Source: Tubiluchus corallicola (Eukaryota; Animalia; Priapulida). Taken from it: a stretch of 64,000 nt of DNA. Positions 10,618-21,658 of this stretch are shown here, in pieces. The position numbers and the translations under genes were made by a program. Positions within the stretch are counted from its first letter, which is position 1, and each line of letters opens with the position of its first letter. The stretch lies in the NCBI GenBank assembly GCA_030141605.1, contig JAQGDQ010002389.1:148951-212950 (forward strand). Reading direction: 5' to 3'. Under the pieces are notes generated by a model that was not told the DNA's origin, made no database searches, and saw only the letters and a list, made by a program, of their open reading frames with translations.

Positions 10618-12030
10618 ATGGGAAGAGAAAGTTGGAAGTCACGCACAGGATTTATTCTAGCGGCTGCAGGATCTGCAGTCGGGCTTGGTAATATATGGCG
10701 TTTCCCTTATGTTGTTGGTGAGAATGGTGGAGGAGCTTTTCTCCTTGTTTACATTTTACTCGTCTTTACCATAGGTCTTAGCGTAATGATCGCAGAAATC
10801 GCCATCGGGCGCCATGCGCAAAAAAACCCTGTTCATGCTTATTCAGATCATGCTTCCAAACCTTGGGGTGTCGCAGGACTCCTCGGTATTTCATGTGGCG
10901 TTATTATCATGTCATTCTATGTCGTGGTTGCAGGATGGGCCATCGCTTATGTTCTTAAATCCATAACAGGAGAACTCTCAACAACAGACATATCTGTATT
11001 GGAAAATAGCTTTGTAAGCTTAAGCGCATCCGGCTGGACTCCATTACTCTATGCCCTATTCTTTCTATGCATAACAGCCTTCATTGTTATCGGAGGAATT
11101 GAAAAAGGAATCGAAAAAGCAAACCGTATTTTAATGCCTTTACTATTTGTTTTTCTTCTCCTTCTCGCTATTCGTGCTCTTACGCTTCCAGGTGCTATGG
11201 ACGGAATCGCTTACTATCTCAAACCTGATTTCTCCAAAATTAACGCTAGCGTTCTCAGTAGCGCACTCGGTCAAGCATTCTTTTCCTTGTCTCTTGGTAT
11301 GTCCTGCATGTTGATTTATGGCTCCTATCTGAAAAAAGAGGACAATATACCAGTATCCTCTGTGCAAATTATTTGCCTTGATATCCTAGTTGCGTTTATT
11401 GCCGGCCTTATCATTATGCCTGTCGTTTTCTCTTTTGGATTTGCTCCCGATGCAGGACCTGGTCTAACCTTCATTACACTCCCAGCAATTTTTACTCAAA
11501 TTCCTTTTGGTGCTTTTTTCGCAACTGCTTTCTTTACTATGTTACTGATTGCAGCGCTAACGTCATCAATCTCTTTGATAGAGCCCGGTGTCTCCTTCCT
11601 GATTGAAAAACTTGAATGGAGCCGCTCTCAAAGCGTTATCGTAATTTCCGTTATCGTCTTTGTCCTTGCGATCCCTTGCTCTCTATCTTTAGGAACCCTT
11701 AACATTGAGTTTATTATCGGCGATCGGAACAATCCGATCTTTGCACAAAGCTTCTTTGACTTTATGGGTTACTTAAGCGATAACTTACTACCTGTTGGCG
11801 GAATCCTCGTTGCGCTCTTTGCAGGATGGGTTCTTTCTCCTGAAATTCGCAATGAAGTCACCAATAACGGAACTATCTCCGCTCCATGGTTGAGCTTATG
11901 GCTTACTTTCATACGATTTGTCGCTCCTATCGCAATCGCATGGGTTCTCATATATCCGTTTTTACCCACAAACGTACAAAAAGAGATTATCGAAGAAGCT
12001 CAAGATATTTACCATGAGATTACAGAGTAA
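10618..12030 (+). CDS. Sodium-dependent amino acid transporter, NSS/SNF family
   Basis: GFILAAAGSAVGLGNIWRFPY, GGGAF, ALGQAFFSLSLG, GPGLTFITLP. Confidence 0.96.
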   Translation: MGRESWKSRTGFILAAAGSAVGLGNIWRFPYVVGENGGGAFLLVYILLVFTIGLSVMIAEIAIGRHAQKNPVHAYSDHASKPWGVAGLLGISCGVIIMSFYVVVAGWAIAYVLKSITGELSTTDISVLENSFVSLSASGWTPLLYALFFLCITAFIVIGGIEKGIEKANRILMPLLFVFLLLLAIRALTLPGAMDGIAYYLKPDFSKINASVLSSALGQAFFSLSLGMSCMLIYGSYLKKEDNIPVSSVQIICLDILVAFIAGLIIMPVVFSFGFAPDAGPGLTFITLPAIFTQIPFGAFFATAFFTMLLIAALTSSISLIEPGVSFLIEKLEWSRSQSVIVISVIVFVLAIPCSLSLGTLNIEFIIGDRNNPIFAQSFFDFMGYLSDNLLPVGGILVALFAGWVLSPEIRNEVTNNGTISAPWLSLWLTFIRFVAPIAIAWVLIYPFLPTNVQKEIIEEAQDIYHEITE

Positions 12031-12042
12031 AACCAACACAAT

Positions 12043-12092
12043 AGAGAAGGTTGCAAAAGAAAATAATCCTATACGTAACCTTCTCTTTTTTT
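12043..12092 (+). terminator. Putative intrinsic terminator
   Basis: AGAGAAGGTTGC ... GTAACCTTCTCT followed by a T run; long loop. Confidence 0.65.
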
Positions 12093-12208
12093 GTAAAAAC
12101 AATACAATAAAAAGCTCTTGCTACTTCAAGTTTTTTCAATCTCTATCTTAAAACAATAAACTACTAATATAATAGGAAAATACCCCTTATTTCTGTATTT
12201 TACCTATA

Positions 12209-12237
12209 TTGCCTTTATAAAAAATATATGCTATACT
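12209..12237 (+). promoter_or_regulatory. Putative sigma70 promoter of the opp operon
   Basis: TTGCCT-N17-TATACT with TG-n extended -10. Confidence 0.55.
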
Positions 12238-12329
12238 TTTTTGCTTAAAAGCATGGATCATTTTAAAAAATAAACCTTGTTTATCAAATAATACCTATTA
12301 AAAAACACACATAAAAACTGGAGGAAACA

Positions 12330-13901
12330 ATGTCGTCTAAGATACAATCTTATCTGATTTCACTTTTATGCTTTTTATTTCTGATTACAAGTGCTAATGC
12401 TGAAAAAACTATTCGTATAGCGACTTTTGGTGAACCAGAGACACTGGATCCACACCTTGTTAGTGGAACATGGGAACATTATATTATTGTTGATTTATTC
12501 ATGGGTCTCATAACAAGAGAAGCCAACGGAAAAACAATCCCCGGTGTAGCAGAAAGCTGGGAAATCAGCCCTGACAATAAAGTATATACCTTTACATTAG
12601 GAGATCATTATTGGTCCGACGGTGCTCCTGTAACAGCCCATGACGTTGAATTCTCCTTCAAAAGGATTTTAAAGCCTGAATTCGCCGCTAAATACGCTTC
12701 TATGCTTTATATTATTGAGGGCGCAGAAGAGTATAATACCCTTAAATCACCAGAAATGGCTGTTATGGCAAAAGCTCTCGACAGTAAAACCTTCCAGGTT
12801 ACTTTAAAATTTCCAACTCCCTATTTCTTAGAAGCGTTGACACATTATTCCTTCGCTATTGTGCCTTCTCATGTCGTTAAAGTCCATGAGAGGAATTGGA
12901 TTAAAGAAGAAAATATCGTGTCAAATGGCGCGTATAAACTAGAAGAATGGCGCCCGAACGCCCATGTGAAATCTGTCAGAAATCCATACTTTTATGATAA
13001 TGAAAACACAAAAATCGATACAATCTACTATTACACACAAGAAGACCGTTCTGCTGTGTTGAAAAGATTTCGTGCAAAAGAAATCGATATTGCCAGAGAT
13101 TTCGCTTCCGAACAATATACATGGCTACAAAAAAATATGCCCAATGAAACCAAAGTCGCTCCTTACTTGGGAATCTACTATCTAACTTTAAATCATACAA
13201 AAATTCCAGATGTCAATATCCGGCAAGCGCTCGCCATGGCCATTAATCGGGAAGTCATCACAGATAAAGTTATTAAATCCGGTGAAGTTCCAGCCTATAG
13301 CTTTGTTCCTCCTGGTGTTGCAAACTACAGTGAACCCGCTTACTTAGACTGGAAAGGTATCGACTATAAAACCCGCCTGCAAACTGCAAAAGCTATCATG
13401 GAAAAAGCAGGTTACACACAGAAAAATCCTTTCAAAATCGAAATTAGCTACAACACATCTGAAAACCATAAAAAAGTTATGGTTGCTGTCGCTTCTATGT
13501 GGAAACAAATACACGTCGCCTCATCAATGGTTAACACAGAAGTGGCTATTCATTACGAGAATCTCCGACTTGGAAAATTTGAAGCCGGACGCGCAGGATG
13601 GATTGCAGATTATAACGACCCTGACTCCTTCCTGTTTATACAAGAAGGCAGCAATATCGGCTTTAACTATTCACGCTTCTTTAATAATGAATATGATAGT
13701 TTAATGCTAAAGGGGCGTAACGCAACAGATATTGAAGAGCGCGCAGAATATATGAAAGCTGCAGAAAAAGTCTCCATGGATGAAATAGCGAATATTCCTA
13801 TATTTTACTATGTTTCCAAAAATTTGGTCTCACAAAAAGTTAAAGGATGGGAAGATAACGTCACCGATACACATCCAACACGTTTTCTCGATATTCAATA
13901 G
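12330..13901 (+). CDS. oppA: Oligopeptide ABC transporter substrate-binding protein
   Basis: Signal peptide, EPETLDP, PGVAESW, WSDGAPVTAHD, SNGAY, RAGWIADY. Confidence 0.93.
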   Translation: MSSKIQSYLISLLCFLFLITSANAEKTIRIATFGEPETLDPHLVSGTWEHYIIVDLFMGLITREANGKTIPGVAESWEISPDNKVYTFTLGDHYWSDGAPVTAHDVEFSFKRILKPEFAAKYASMLYIIEGAEEYNTLKSPEMAVMAKALDSKTFQVTLKFPTPYFLEALTHYSFAIVPSHVVKVHERNWIKEENIVSNGAYKLEEWRPNAHVKSVRNPYFYDNENTKIDTIYYYTQEDRSAVLKRFRAKEIDIARDFASEQYTWLQKNMPNETKVAPYLGIYYLTLNHTKIPDVNIRQALAMAINREVITDKVIKSGEVPAYSFVPPGVANYSEPAYLDWKGIDYKTRLQTAKAIMEKAGYTQKNPFKIEISYNTSENHKKVMVAVASMWKQIHVASSMVNTEVAIHYENLRLGKFEAGRAGWIADYNDPDSFLFIQEGSNIGFNYSRFFNNEYDSLMLKGRNATDIEERAEYMKAAEKVSMDEIANIPIFYYVSKNLVSQKVKGWEDNVTDTHPTRFLDIQ

Positions 13902-13941
13902 CTGCGTAAAATTAAGTATGCCTATCATGGAGGCCTAATAT

Positions 13942-14862
13942 ATGCTGAAGTACGTGATAAAACGATTATTCATTTTTATCCCTACTATCTTTTTAATCAT
14001 CACGATCTCTTTTTTTCTGATGAGAATTGCACCAGGGAGCCCTTTTGATTCTGAAAGAGGGCTCAGCCCTGAAATCGAAGCCAATATCCTAAAAGCCTAT
14101 AATATGGATAAACCTCTCTTTTTCCAATATACAGACTATTTAGGAAATATTCTCAAAGGTGATTTCGGCCCCTCCATGCGTGTTAAAGACTTCACTGTAA
14201 CAGAGCTTATCCTCAACGGATTTCCTGTCAGTTTACAGCTTGGTCTGATGGCGATCATATGTGCCATTGTAATCGGTATTTTCATGGGAACAACCGCAGC
14301 CTTAAACAGAAATAGCCATATTGACCATATCACGATGGCTTTCTCAACGATCGGAATCGTTATTCCCAACTATGTTGTCGCTCCTATTCTTACATTAATT
14401 TTAGGTGTTTACCTGGGAATTTTACCCGTAGGAGGATGGGGAGAAGGCGCAATATCTCATAAAATACTCCCTATTGTAACTCTTGCTCTTCCCCAGATCG
14501 CTTATGTATCTCGCCTAACCAGGGGAAATATGATCGAAGTCCTCAATTCTAACTATATCAGAACAGCCTATGCAAAAGGCATTGACGAAAAAACAATCAT
14601 TCTCCGCCACGCTCTCCCCGGAGCTCTTCTCCCTATCCTTTCCTACCTTGGGCCCGCAACTGCCGCAGTTGTAACAGGATCTGTCGTTATTGAAACTATT
14701 TTCGATATACCAGGTATTGGAAGATTTTTCGTCAACGGCGCCCTCAATAGAGACTATACATTGGTTATGGGAGTTGTGATCTTTTATGCAAGCTTGATTA
14801 TTCTACTCAACCTTATCGTCGATATCCTCTATAGTATTTTAGACCCTCGAGTCAAATTTTAG
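13942..14862 (+). CDS. oppB: Oligopeptide ABC permease
   Basis: APGSPF, GDFGPS, YIRTAYAKG loop, LDPRV end. Confidence 0.95.
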   Translation: MLKYVIKRLFIFIPTIFLIITISFFLMRIAPGSPFDSERGLSPEIEANILKAYNMDKPLFFQYTDYLGNILKGDFGPSMRVKDFTVTELILNGFPVSLQLGLMAIICAIVIGIFMGTTAALNRNSHIDHITMAFSTIGIVIPNYVVAPILTLILGVYLGILPVGGWGEGAISHKILPIVTLALPQIAYVSRLTRGNMIEVLNSNYIRTAYAKGIDEKTIILRHALPGALLPILSYLGPATAAVVTGSVVIETIFDIPGIGRFFVNGALNRDYTLVMGVVIFYASLIILLNLIVDILYSILDPRVKF

Positions 14863-14875
14863 GCAAGGAGATATA

Positions 14876-15778
14876 ATGCCGTTTTTTAAACATAAAGAAA
14901 AAAATGCAGACCTCCTGACAGAAATACAAGGGAGAAGTTTATGGGAAGACGCAAAACGTCGCCTATTCTCAAATAAACTCGCAGTATCTTCCATGTATGC
15001 TTTACTATTCATTATTCTCTTTGCAGTCGCAGGTCCTTGGATTATCTCATGGTCATATGATGAAATAGATTGGGAATCTGACTTTCCTTCCCCCCCTTCT
15101 TTTTCCGACAGCCACTATTTTGGAACTGACGGTAATGGAAGAGATATGCTTGTGCGCGTTATGTTCGGAGGACGAATCTCCCTTATGGTTGGAATTGTCG
15201 CAACATGCGTCAGCCTGCTCATCGGCGTAACATGGGGGACAGTAGCCGGATTTATCGGCGGTAGAGTCGATATGATCATGATGCGCATTGTCGACATTAT
15301 GTATTCCCTTCCTTTTATGTTCTTCGTCATCCTGCTCATGGTCGTCTTCGGACGGAATATCATTCTCATCTTTGTTGCCCTAGGAGCCGTAGAATGGCTC
15401 ACAATGGCACGAATTGTTCGAGGCCAAACGATCTCTATTAAAAATATGGAGTATATCGAAGCTGCAAAAGCATTCGGCGTACCAACAACAAAAGTCATTC
15501 AACGCCATATCATCCCTAATATTATTGGTCCTGTTATTGTTTATGTCACATTGACAATTCCCCAAGTTATTCTGGTAGAAAGCTTCCTGTCTTTCTTAGG
15601 ACTCGGCGTACAAGAACCCATGACAAGTTGGGGAATCCTGATCGCTGACGGATCCAATCATATGGAATCTTCCCCATGGCTGTTGGCTTTTCCCGCTTTA
15701 TTCCTTGCAATAACTCTCTTTTGCTTCAACTTTATCGGCGACGGACTGAGAGACGCATTAGATCCTAAGGACAGATAA
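14876..15778 (+). CDS. oppC: Oligopeptide ABC permease
   Basis: FGTDGNGRD, EAAKAFG, ESFLSFLGLG, GDGLRDALDP. Confidence 0.95.
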   Translation: MPFFKHKEKNADLLTEIQGRSLWEDAKRRLFSNKLAVSSMYALLFIILFAVAGPWIISWSYDEIDWESDFPSPPSFSDSHYFGTDGNGRDMLVRVMFGGRISLMVGIVATCVSLLIGVTWGTVAGFIGGRVDMIMMRIVDIMYSLPFMFFVILLMVVFGRNIILIFVALGAVEWLTMARIVRGQTISIKNMEYIEAAKAFGVPTTKVIQRHIIPNIIGPVIVYVTLTIPQVILVESFLSFLGLGVQEPMTSWGILIADGSNHMESSPWLLAFPALFLAITLFCFNFIGDGLRDALDPKDR

Positions 15779-15782
15779 CAGT

Positions 15783-16769
15783 ATGGCTGAAAATAATATT
15801 ATTTTAGATGTCAAAAATATAACAACAACCTTTGATACTCCTGATGGTGAAATCTGCGCTGTTAATAATGTCCAATTCAAAATTCCTAAAGGGCAATGTA
15901 TTGGAATCGTTGGGGAATCCGGCTCAGGAAAATCCCAGCTATTCCTCTCCGTCATACGTTTGATCGCAAAAAACGGAACTGTAACAGGAGAAGCGCTCTT
16001 TCATGGGGAAAATTTACTTTCCCTTCCCATAAAAGACCTCAATCATATCAGAGGAAATAAAATCTCCATGATTTTCCAAGATCCGATGACCTCTCTGAAT
16101 CCTTTCTTAACAATCTCAAAACAAATGACAGAAGTTCTTATACAGCATAAAAAAATTTCACAAAAAGCCGCCATAGAACGAACAATAGAAATGCTTGATC
16201 TCGTTGGTATACCAGAAGCGCAAAAACGTTTATCTATGTACCCTCATGAATTTTCAGGCGGAATGCGCCAGCGCGTAATGATCGCCATGTCACTCATGTG
16301 CGAACCTGACCTCCTCATCGCCGATGAGCCAACGACCGCATTGGATGTTACCATACAAGCGCAGATCCTTGATCTGCTCGCCGATCTGAAAAAGAAATTA
16401 AATATGTCTATTGTTATGATAAGCCATGATCTGGGCGTCATCGCCGGAATCAGTGACTATATTAACGTCATGTATGGCGGATCCATTGTTGAATCAGGCA
16501 CCGTTGATCAGCTCTTCTATAACCCTACCCACCCTTATACAAAAGGGTTGCTTTCTTCCATGCCGAAATTGGAAAACGATTTCGATCATGAATTAGAAAC
16601 AATTAAAGGAAACCCACCTAGCTTGCATAACCTCCCTGAAGGATGCATCTTTATGCCAAGATGTGATTATTCATTCCCTCAGTGCAAGCTCATGCCCCCT
16701 TCATTAATAAATATTGAACCTAACCACGACGTAGCTTGTTACTTACAGGAAAAAAACCATGCCAAATAA
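15783..16769 (+). CDS. oppD: Oligopeptide ABC ATPase
   Basis: [26 protein letters not shown]-terminal Cys-containing domain. Confidence 0.95.
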   Translation: MAENNIILDVKNITTTFDTPDGEICAVNNVQFKIPKGQCIGIVGESGSGKSQLFLSVIRLIAKNGTVTGEALFHGENLLSLPIKDLNHIRGNKISMIFQDPMTSLNPFLTISKQMTEVLIQHKKISQKAAIERTIEMLDLVGIPEAQKRLSMYPHEFSGGMRQRVMIAMSLMCEPDLLIADEPTTALDVTIQAQILDLLADLKKKLNMSIVMISHDLGVIAGISDYINVMYGGSIVESGTVDQLFYNPTHPYTKGLLSSMPKLENDFDHELETIKGNPPSLHNLPEGCIFMPRCDYSFPQCKLMPPSLINIEPNHDVACYLQEKNHAK

Positions 16770-17733
16770 TACGATTATTCGTGTGGAAAATCTAAAAGTT
16801 TATTTCGATGTTTCTACAGAATGGTTCAAAACAACTCCCCTGAAAGCTGTTGATGATATCAGCTTTACAGCCAATGAACAAGAAACGCTCGGTATTGTCG
16901 GTGAATCAGGATGTGGAAAATCAACACTAGGGCGCGCAATTCTTCAGCTTATAGAAATTACTGAAGGAAATATCTTCTGGAAAGAGCATAATATAACCGA
17001 TCCTTCTTTCATCTATAAGCAGCACTTTCGTGAAAATGTGCAGGTTATCTTTCAGGATCCCCTAGCAAGCCTCAACCCAAGAATGACCATCGGTAATATT
17101 ATCGCTGAACCTTTGAAAACCTTTTCTCCACATCTTTCAAAAGATGAGATTAAAACAAACGTTAAAGAAATAATGTCATACGTCGGACTCCTCCCTGAGA
17201 CAATCAATCGCTATCCTCATGAGTTTTCCGGCGGGCAATGCCAAAGAGTCGGAATAGCGCGCGCCATGATCACACGCCCAAAAATTATTATTTGTGATGA
17301 ACCTGTTTCCGCTTTGGACGTCTCTATCCAAGCGCAAATCATTAATCTCCTAAAACATCTGCAGGAAAATTTTAAACTGACGCTCATTTTTATCAGCCAT
17401 GACCTCTCTATTGTAAAAAATATCAGCCATAAGATTATGGTGCTCTACCTCGGTAATATCGTGGAAATCGGAAGTCGAGAAAATGTCTATAACACCCCTT
17501 TACATCCCTACACACAAGCCTTGATCTCCGCTGTTCCCGCACCGGATCCCCGAAAAGAGCATAATCGCATCAAACTCATTGGTGATTTGCCATCTCCTCT
17601 GAATCCTCCTTCCGGATGTGTCTTCAGAACTCGATGCTATAAAGCGCAGGAAAAATGTGCTCAACAAAAACCCCCTTTAGAAAATGTACAAGGAGACAAC
17701 CACTCTGTCGCCTGCTTCTACCTTGAAGCATAA
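16759..17733 (+). CDS. oppF: Oligopeptide ABC ATPase
   Basis: GESGCGKS, FSGGQCQR, DEPVSALD, GCVFRTRC. Confidence 0.95.
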   Translation: MPNNTIIRVENLKVYFDVSTEWFKTTPLKAVDDISFTANEQETLGIVGESGCGKSTLGRAILQLIEITEGNIFWKEHNITDPSFIYKQHFRENVQVIFQDPLASLNPRMTIGNIIAEPLKTFSPHLSKDEIKTNVKEIMSYVGLLPETINRYPHEFSGGQCQRVGIARAMITRPKIIICDEPVSALDVSIQAQIINLLKHLQENFKLTLIFISHDLSIVKNISHKIMVLYLGNIVEIGSRENVYNTPLHPYTQALISAVPAPDPRKEHNRIKLIGDLPSPLNPPSGCVFRTRCYKAQEKCAQQKPPLENVQGDNHSVACFYLEA

Positions 17734-17864
17734 ACTTAAGAAAATTTTAAAAATTACAAAACACTCTTCATTAAAAGAAAACTTATATTGTATTTTCTTA
17801 ATTATATGATATAAAATTATTACTAATTAATACTTAAATATACTAAAACTAACTAGAGAATACT

Positions 17865-18551
17865 ATGAAAATGAAAATTTGCCGTGAAGGCATACCCTGT
17901 ATTATCACTCTCGCTTTTATTACAATGATTTTTTATCTAATGCTTACTACTTTCACATGGGGGCGTGTTTTCCCTATTGTCACTTGGGGGTTTGGTTTTC
18001 TGACATTTTTTTGTATCTGGTTTTTTCGTGATCCTGATCGAGTTTCCCCCGCAGTAGATAACCTTGTTATCAGCCCTGCTGACGGTATTGTGCAAAAAAT
18101 TGATACAGCCTTCCCTCCTAAAGAGCTTCAAATTGATACAGAAGAGCCTATGGAGCGAATTTGTGTTTTTATGAATGTGTTCAACGTACACGTCAATCGA
18201 GCTCCGTGCAACGGAACCGTTACAGATATTATCTACAGACCAGGAAAGTTCTTTAACGCATCCCTTGATAAAGCAAGCGCATATAATGAGCGAAAAAGCT
18301 TTAAAATGAAAACTGATAATGGGCATACAGTTGTATTTGTCCAAATTGCCGGTCTGATCGCAAGAAGAATTGTCACATATATAGAAGAAGAAGAGCATCT
18401 AAAAGCAGGAGAGCGATTTGGGTTGATACGCTTTGGAAGTAGAGTTGATATATATCTTCCTAAAAATACCCCCATCTTTGTTATTGAAGGGCAGATAATG
18501 ATCGCTGGAGAAACCATCATGGGAACACTCTTGCAAAAAGAAAACGTATAA
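17865..18551 (+). CDS. psd: Phosphatidylserine decarboxylase proenzyme
   Basis: FFRDP, SPADG, NVHVNRAP, FGSRVD autocleavage motif. Confidence 0.96.
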   Translation: MKMKICREGIPCIITLAFITMIFYLMLTTFTWGRVFPIVTWGFGFLTFFCIWFFRDPDRVSPAVDNLVISPADGIVQKIDTAFPPKELQIDTEEPMERICVFMNVFNVHVNRAPCNGTVTDIIYRPGKFFNASLDKASAYNERKSFKMKTDNGHTVVFVQIAGLIARRIVTYIEEEEHLKAGERFGLIRFGSRVDIYLPKNTPIFVIEGQIMIAGETIMGTLLQKENV

Positions 18552-18611
18552 AATATACATTTGCTATCTTTAAAATACTCAGAAATAATAAATGATTCAA
18601 AGTAAGATATA

Positions 18612-19457
18612 ATGCACTTAGATAAGTCATCAAAAAAAAATCATAAAGTTCGATTATCTCTTAAAAAAATTATCCCTAATATGATTACATTAGCGGCTCT
18701 CTCTTCTGGTCTGCTCTCTATAAAATATGTTCTTGAGCAAGATTGGGAAAAAGCAGTGGCATTTATTGTCATCGCCGGCATTTTAGATATATTAGATGGA
18801 AAAACCGCGCGCCTCTTGAAAAGCCAAAGCCGATTTGGCGCCGAACTTGATTCCCTTAGCGATTTCCTTTGCTTTGGAGCTGCACCAGCAATACTGCTAT
18901 ACCATTGGTCTCTCTCTGAACTTGAGCATTATGGATGGGTCATCTGTTCAACCTACGCTATTTGCTGCAGCCTCAGGTTAGCCCGATTTAATACAATGCT
19001 AGATAATGATGAAAAAACAATTCCCGCATTTCATTCTCATTACTTTTTTGGTATCCCCGCCCCTGCTGGCGCTGGTGTTGTCCTGCTGCCATTGTTTCTT
19101 TACTTCGCAACAGATATAACCATTCCCTATACCTCTAACATTGTCGCTTTTATTACAATCATAGTCGCCATCGGATTTATCAGTAAAATTCCAACACCCT
19201 CTACAAAAAAAGTTAAAATCTCACAACATTATCTTGGAGCCACCTTATTTATAGCATCTTTATATATCATCCTTCTTATAACAATGCCGTGGCTGACTCT
19301 AACGCTTAGTGCTTTTCTGTATATCGCAATTTGCCCATTAACAATCCGTAGATTTTTACAGCAAAAACGGCTGACAGATACAAAAACCAATATCTCAGAC
19401 CCAACGGAACCTTCCACTGATAAAAAATCCGAAAAAAACATCCCTCCCGAAAATTAA
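18612..19457 (+). CDS. pssA: CDP-diacylglycerol-serine O-phosphatidyltransferase
   Basis: DILDGKTAR...FGAELDSLSD motif, LRLARFN; follows psd. Confidence 0.94.
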   Translation: MHLDKSSKKNHKVRLSLKKIIPNMITLAALSSGLLSIKYVLEQDWEKAVAFIVIAGILDILDGKTARLLKSQSRFGAELDSLSDFLCFGAAPAILLYHWSLSELEHYGWVICSTYAICCSLRLARFNTMLDNDEKTIPAFHSHYFFGIPAPAGAGVVLLPLFLYFATDITIPYTSNIVAFITIIVAIGFISKIPTPSTKKVKISQHYLGATLFIASLYIILLITMPWLTLTLSAFLYIAICPLTIRRFLQQKRLTDTKTNISDPTEPSTDKKSEKNIPPEN

Positions 19458-20821
19458 TAAGCATATTCCTCAAAAATTCTCTCAATCTTACCCTGCCAAC
19501 GACCTTTCCAAGCATTTAAAAGCTCCTGAGCCGGAGTAACACCGCTTTCTGCAATACGGAACAGAGGAATAAGAAAGTGTGTTTCACATTTCCCCATATC
19601 CTCATCCTTGCAACGACGACGAGATAGCCCTTTCCAGGAAATATTTAAAATATCTAAGGCTACATCCTGCACTTTCTTCCCTCTAAAAGGAGCATCAAGA
19701 GCATAATGAGTCACTTCCGTTCGTAAGTAAAGGCGCTCCTCTTCCGTCCAATCTCTTATATAATCAAGCGCTTCCAAACGAGATTCGCGATCATATAAAA
19801 GCCCAACCCAAAACGCCGGCAAAGCACAAAGATAATTCCAGCCCCCTCCATCTGCACCACGCATCTCAAGATAACGCTTCAGACGAACTTCTGGAAAAAC
19901 GGTCGTTAAATGATCCTCCCAATCAGCAATCGTCGGATATTCTCCTGGCAATTCTGGAAGCTTTCCTTCCATAAAATCCAAAAATGAACGCCCCGCAACA
20001 TCAATATAACGCCCGTTCCTATATACAAAATACATGGGAACATTTAAAACATAATCAACATAACGTTCAAAGCCAAATCCTTCCTCAAATACAAACGGCA
20101 ACATACCAGAACGATCCCCATCCGTATGTAACCAAATATGACTACGATAACTTAAAAATCCCGTAGGTTTCCCCCCTTTAAAAGGAGAGTTCGCCCAAAG
20201 AGCGGTCGCAATCGGCTGCAGAGCTAATCCTATTCGAAACATTTGAACCATCGTCTCTTCATTGTCAAAATCTAAATTCGTTTGAACAGTACATGTCAAC
20301 TGCATCATCTCAAGCCCTTTTGTCCCCACCTTGGGCATATAATTTTTCATAATATTATACCGTTCCTTAGGCATCCAAGGCATGGAATCACACAATAATG
20401 TCGGATGGACACCAATTCCAAGCATGCCAATCCTCTTTTGTTTAATAATACGACGAATTTGCTTTAAATGTTCATGAATCTCACAACATGTGTCGTTAAT
20501 CGTCTTTAAAGGAGCTCCCGACAACTCCAATTGTCCTGCCGGCTCCAAAGTCACAGAAGCACCCTCCTTCTCTCTTAAGGCAATAATCTTCCCAGATTCC
20601 TCAACAGGCTCCCAACCAAACATCTGAAGAGATTCTAAAATATATCGAATACTCTTCTCTCCTTCATAAGGAAGCGGTGAATAATCATCCAGATCATACA
20701 CAAATTTCTCATGCTCTGTGCCTACTCGCCACTCGCTCTCAGCTTTGCACCCTGAGGCTATATAATCAATAAGCTGCTCTTTTCTAATAATAGATTCTCT
20801 TCCTGCTTCATATATTTTCAT
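19454..20821 (-). CDS. gshA: Glutamate-cysteine ligase (alphaproteobacterial/plant type)
   Basis: VGTEHEKF, TLEPAGQLELSGAP, PEVRLKRYLEMRGAD; start uncertain (20821 vs 20869). Confidence 0.95.
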   Translation of the reverse strand: MKIYEAGRESIIRKEQLIDYIASGCKAESEWRVGTEHEKFVYDLDDYSPLPYEGEKSIRYILESLQMFGWEPVEESGKIIALREKEGASVTLEPAGQLELSGAPLKTINDTCCEIHEHLKQIRRIIKQKRIGMLGIGVHPTLLCDSMPWMPKERYNIMKNYMPKVGTKGLEMMQLTCTVQTNLDFDNEETMVQMFRIGLALQPIATALWANSPFKGGKPTGFLSYRSHIWLHTDGDRSGMLPFVFEEGFGFERYVDYVLNVPMYFVYRNGRYIDVAGRSFLDFMEGKLPELPGEYPTIADWEDHLTTVFPEVRLKRYLEMRGADGGGWNYLCALPAFWVGLLYDRESRLEALDYIRDWTEEERLYLRTEVTHYALDAPFRGKKVQDVALDILNISWKGLSRRRCKDEDMGKCETHFLIPLFRIAESGVTPAQELLNAWKGRWQGKIERIFEEYAY

Positions 20822-20881
20822 AAAAGCGCCTTTCAAAATATTGCCGATAACTTTAGAGATGGTACACAATAATTACAGAAG

Positions 20882-21658
20882 TCAATAAAAACGCCTGGCC
20901 GGAGATTTATCCCAATCTCCTACAATCGCCTGCCAGCAGGAAAGAGCCGCTATAGCCGCACTCTCCGCTCTGAGAATCCTAGGCCCAAGATTCACAGAAA
21001 TACATTTCGGATGCGCCTGTAAAACATCCCTTTCTCGAGACGAAAATCCTCCTTCCGGACCTATTAGTATAAAAATTCTCATCACAGAATTTTCCCCTCT
21101 ATATTGAGAAAAAACATCAAAAACAGAAGCCCCACTTCCCCCTTCATCCATAAAAAATAAATGATCCCCTTCTTGTGAAACCTCATGCAAAATATCCTCT
21201 AAAGTAGAAGGGCGGGAAAAATCCGGTATTGTCAATCGCTCGCATTGCTCTGCAGCTTCAATTGCCTGAAGGCGAAGCTTTTCTATACGAATAGAACGAA
21301 CAACAACACGATCTGTCAAAACTGGTAATAAAGCACTAACCCCAAGTTCCGTTGCTTTCTGAATCAATATTCCCAAAGAAGCCCTTTTTAAAGGAGCAAA
21401 ACATAAGCAAAGAGTCGATAAAGAAGACGGCTGCTTTAAAATTTGCCTCTTAACCCTCAAACAACAGATATCCTTTATACTGTCAATACAACATAGCCAT
21501 TCTCCATCACGCCCGTTAAAAACAATAATATCGTCCCCTTTTTTTATACGCATAACATGCAAAAGATAGTGAGAAAGATTCTTTGGAAGTAGGAAATTTT
21601 CTACGTTATTATTTAACGGAGTATCAATATAAACTCGTGCCTTAAAAGATGCTCTCAC
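20882..21658 (-). CDS. rsmE: 16S rRNA m3U1498 methyltransferase
   Basis: HYLLHVMR, QKATELGV, EAAEQCER, IGPEGGFS, ILRAESA. Confidence 0.96.
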   Translation of the reverse strand: MRASFKARVYIDTPLNNNVENFLLPKNLSHYLLHVMRIKKGDDIIVFNGRDGEWLCCIDSIKDICCLRVKRQILKQPSSLSTLCLCFAPLKRASLGILIQKATELGVSALLPVLTDRVVVRSIRIEKLRLQAIEAAEQCERLTIPDFSRPSTLEDILHEVSQEGDHLFFMDEGGSGASVFDVFSQYRGENSVMRIFILIGPEGGFSSRERDVLQAHPKCISVNLGPRILRAESAAIAALSCWQAIVGDWDKSPARRFY

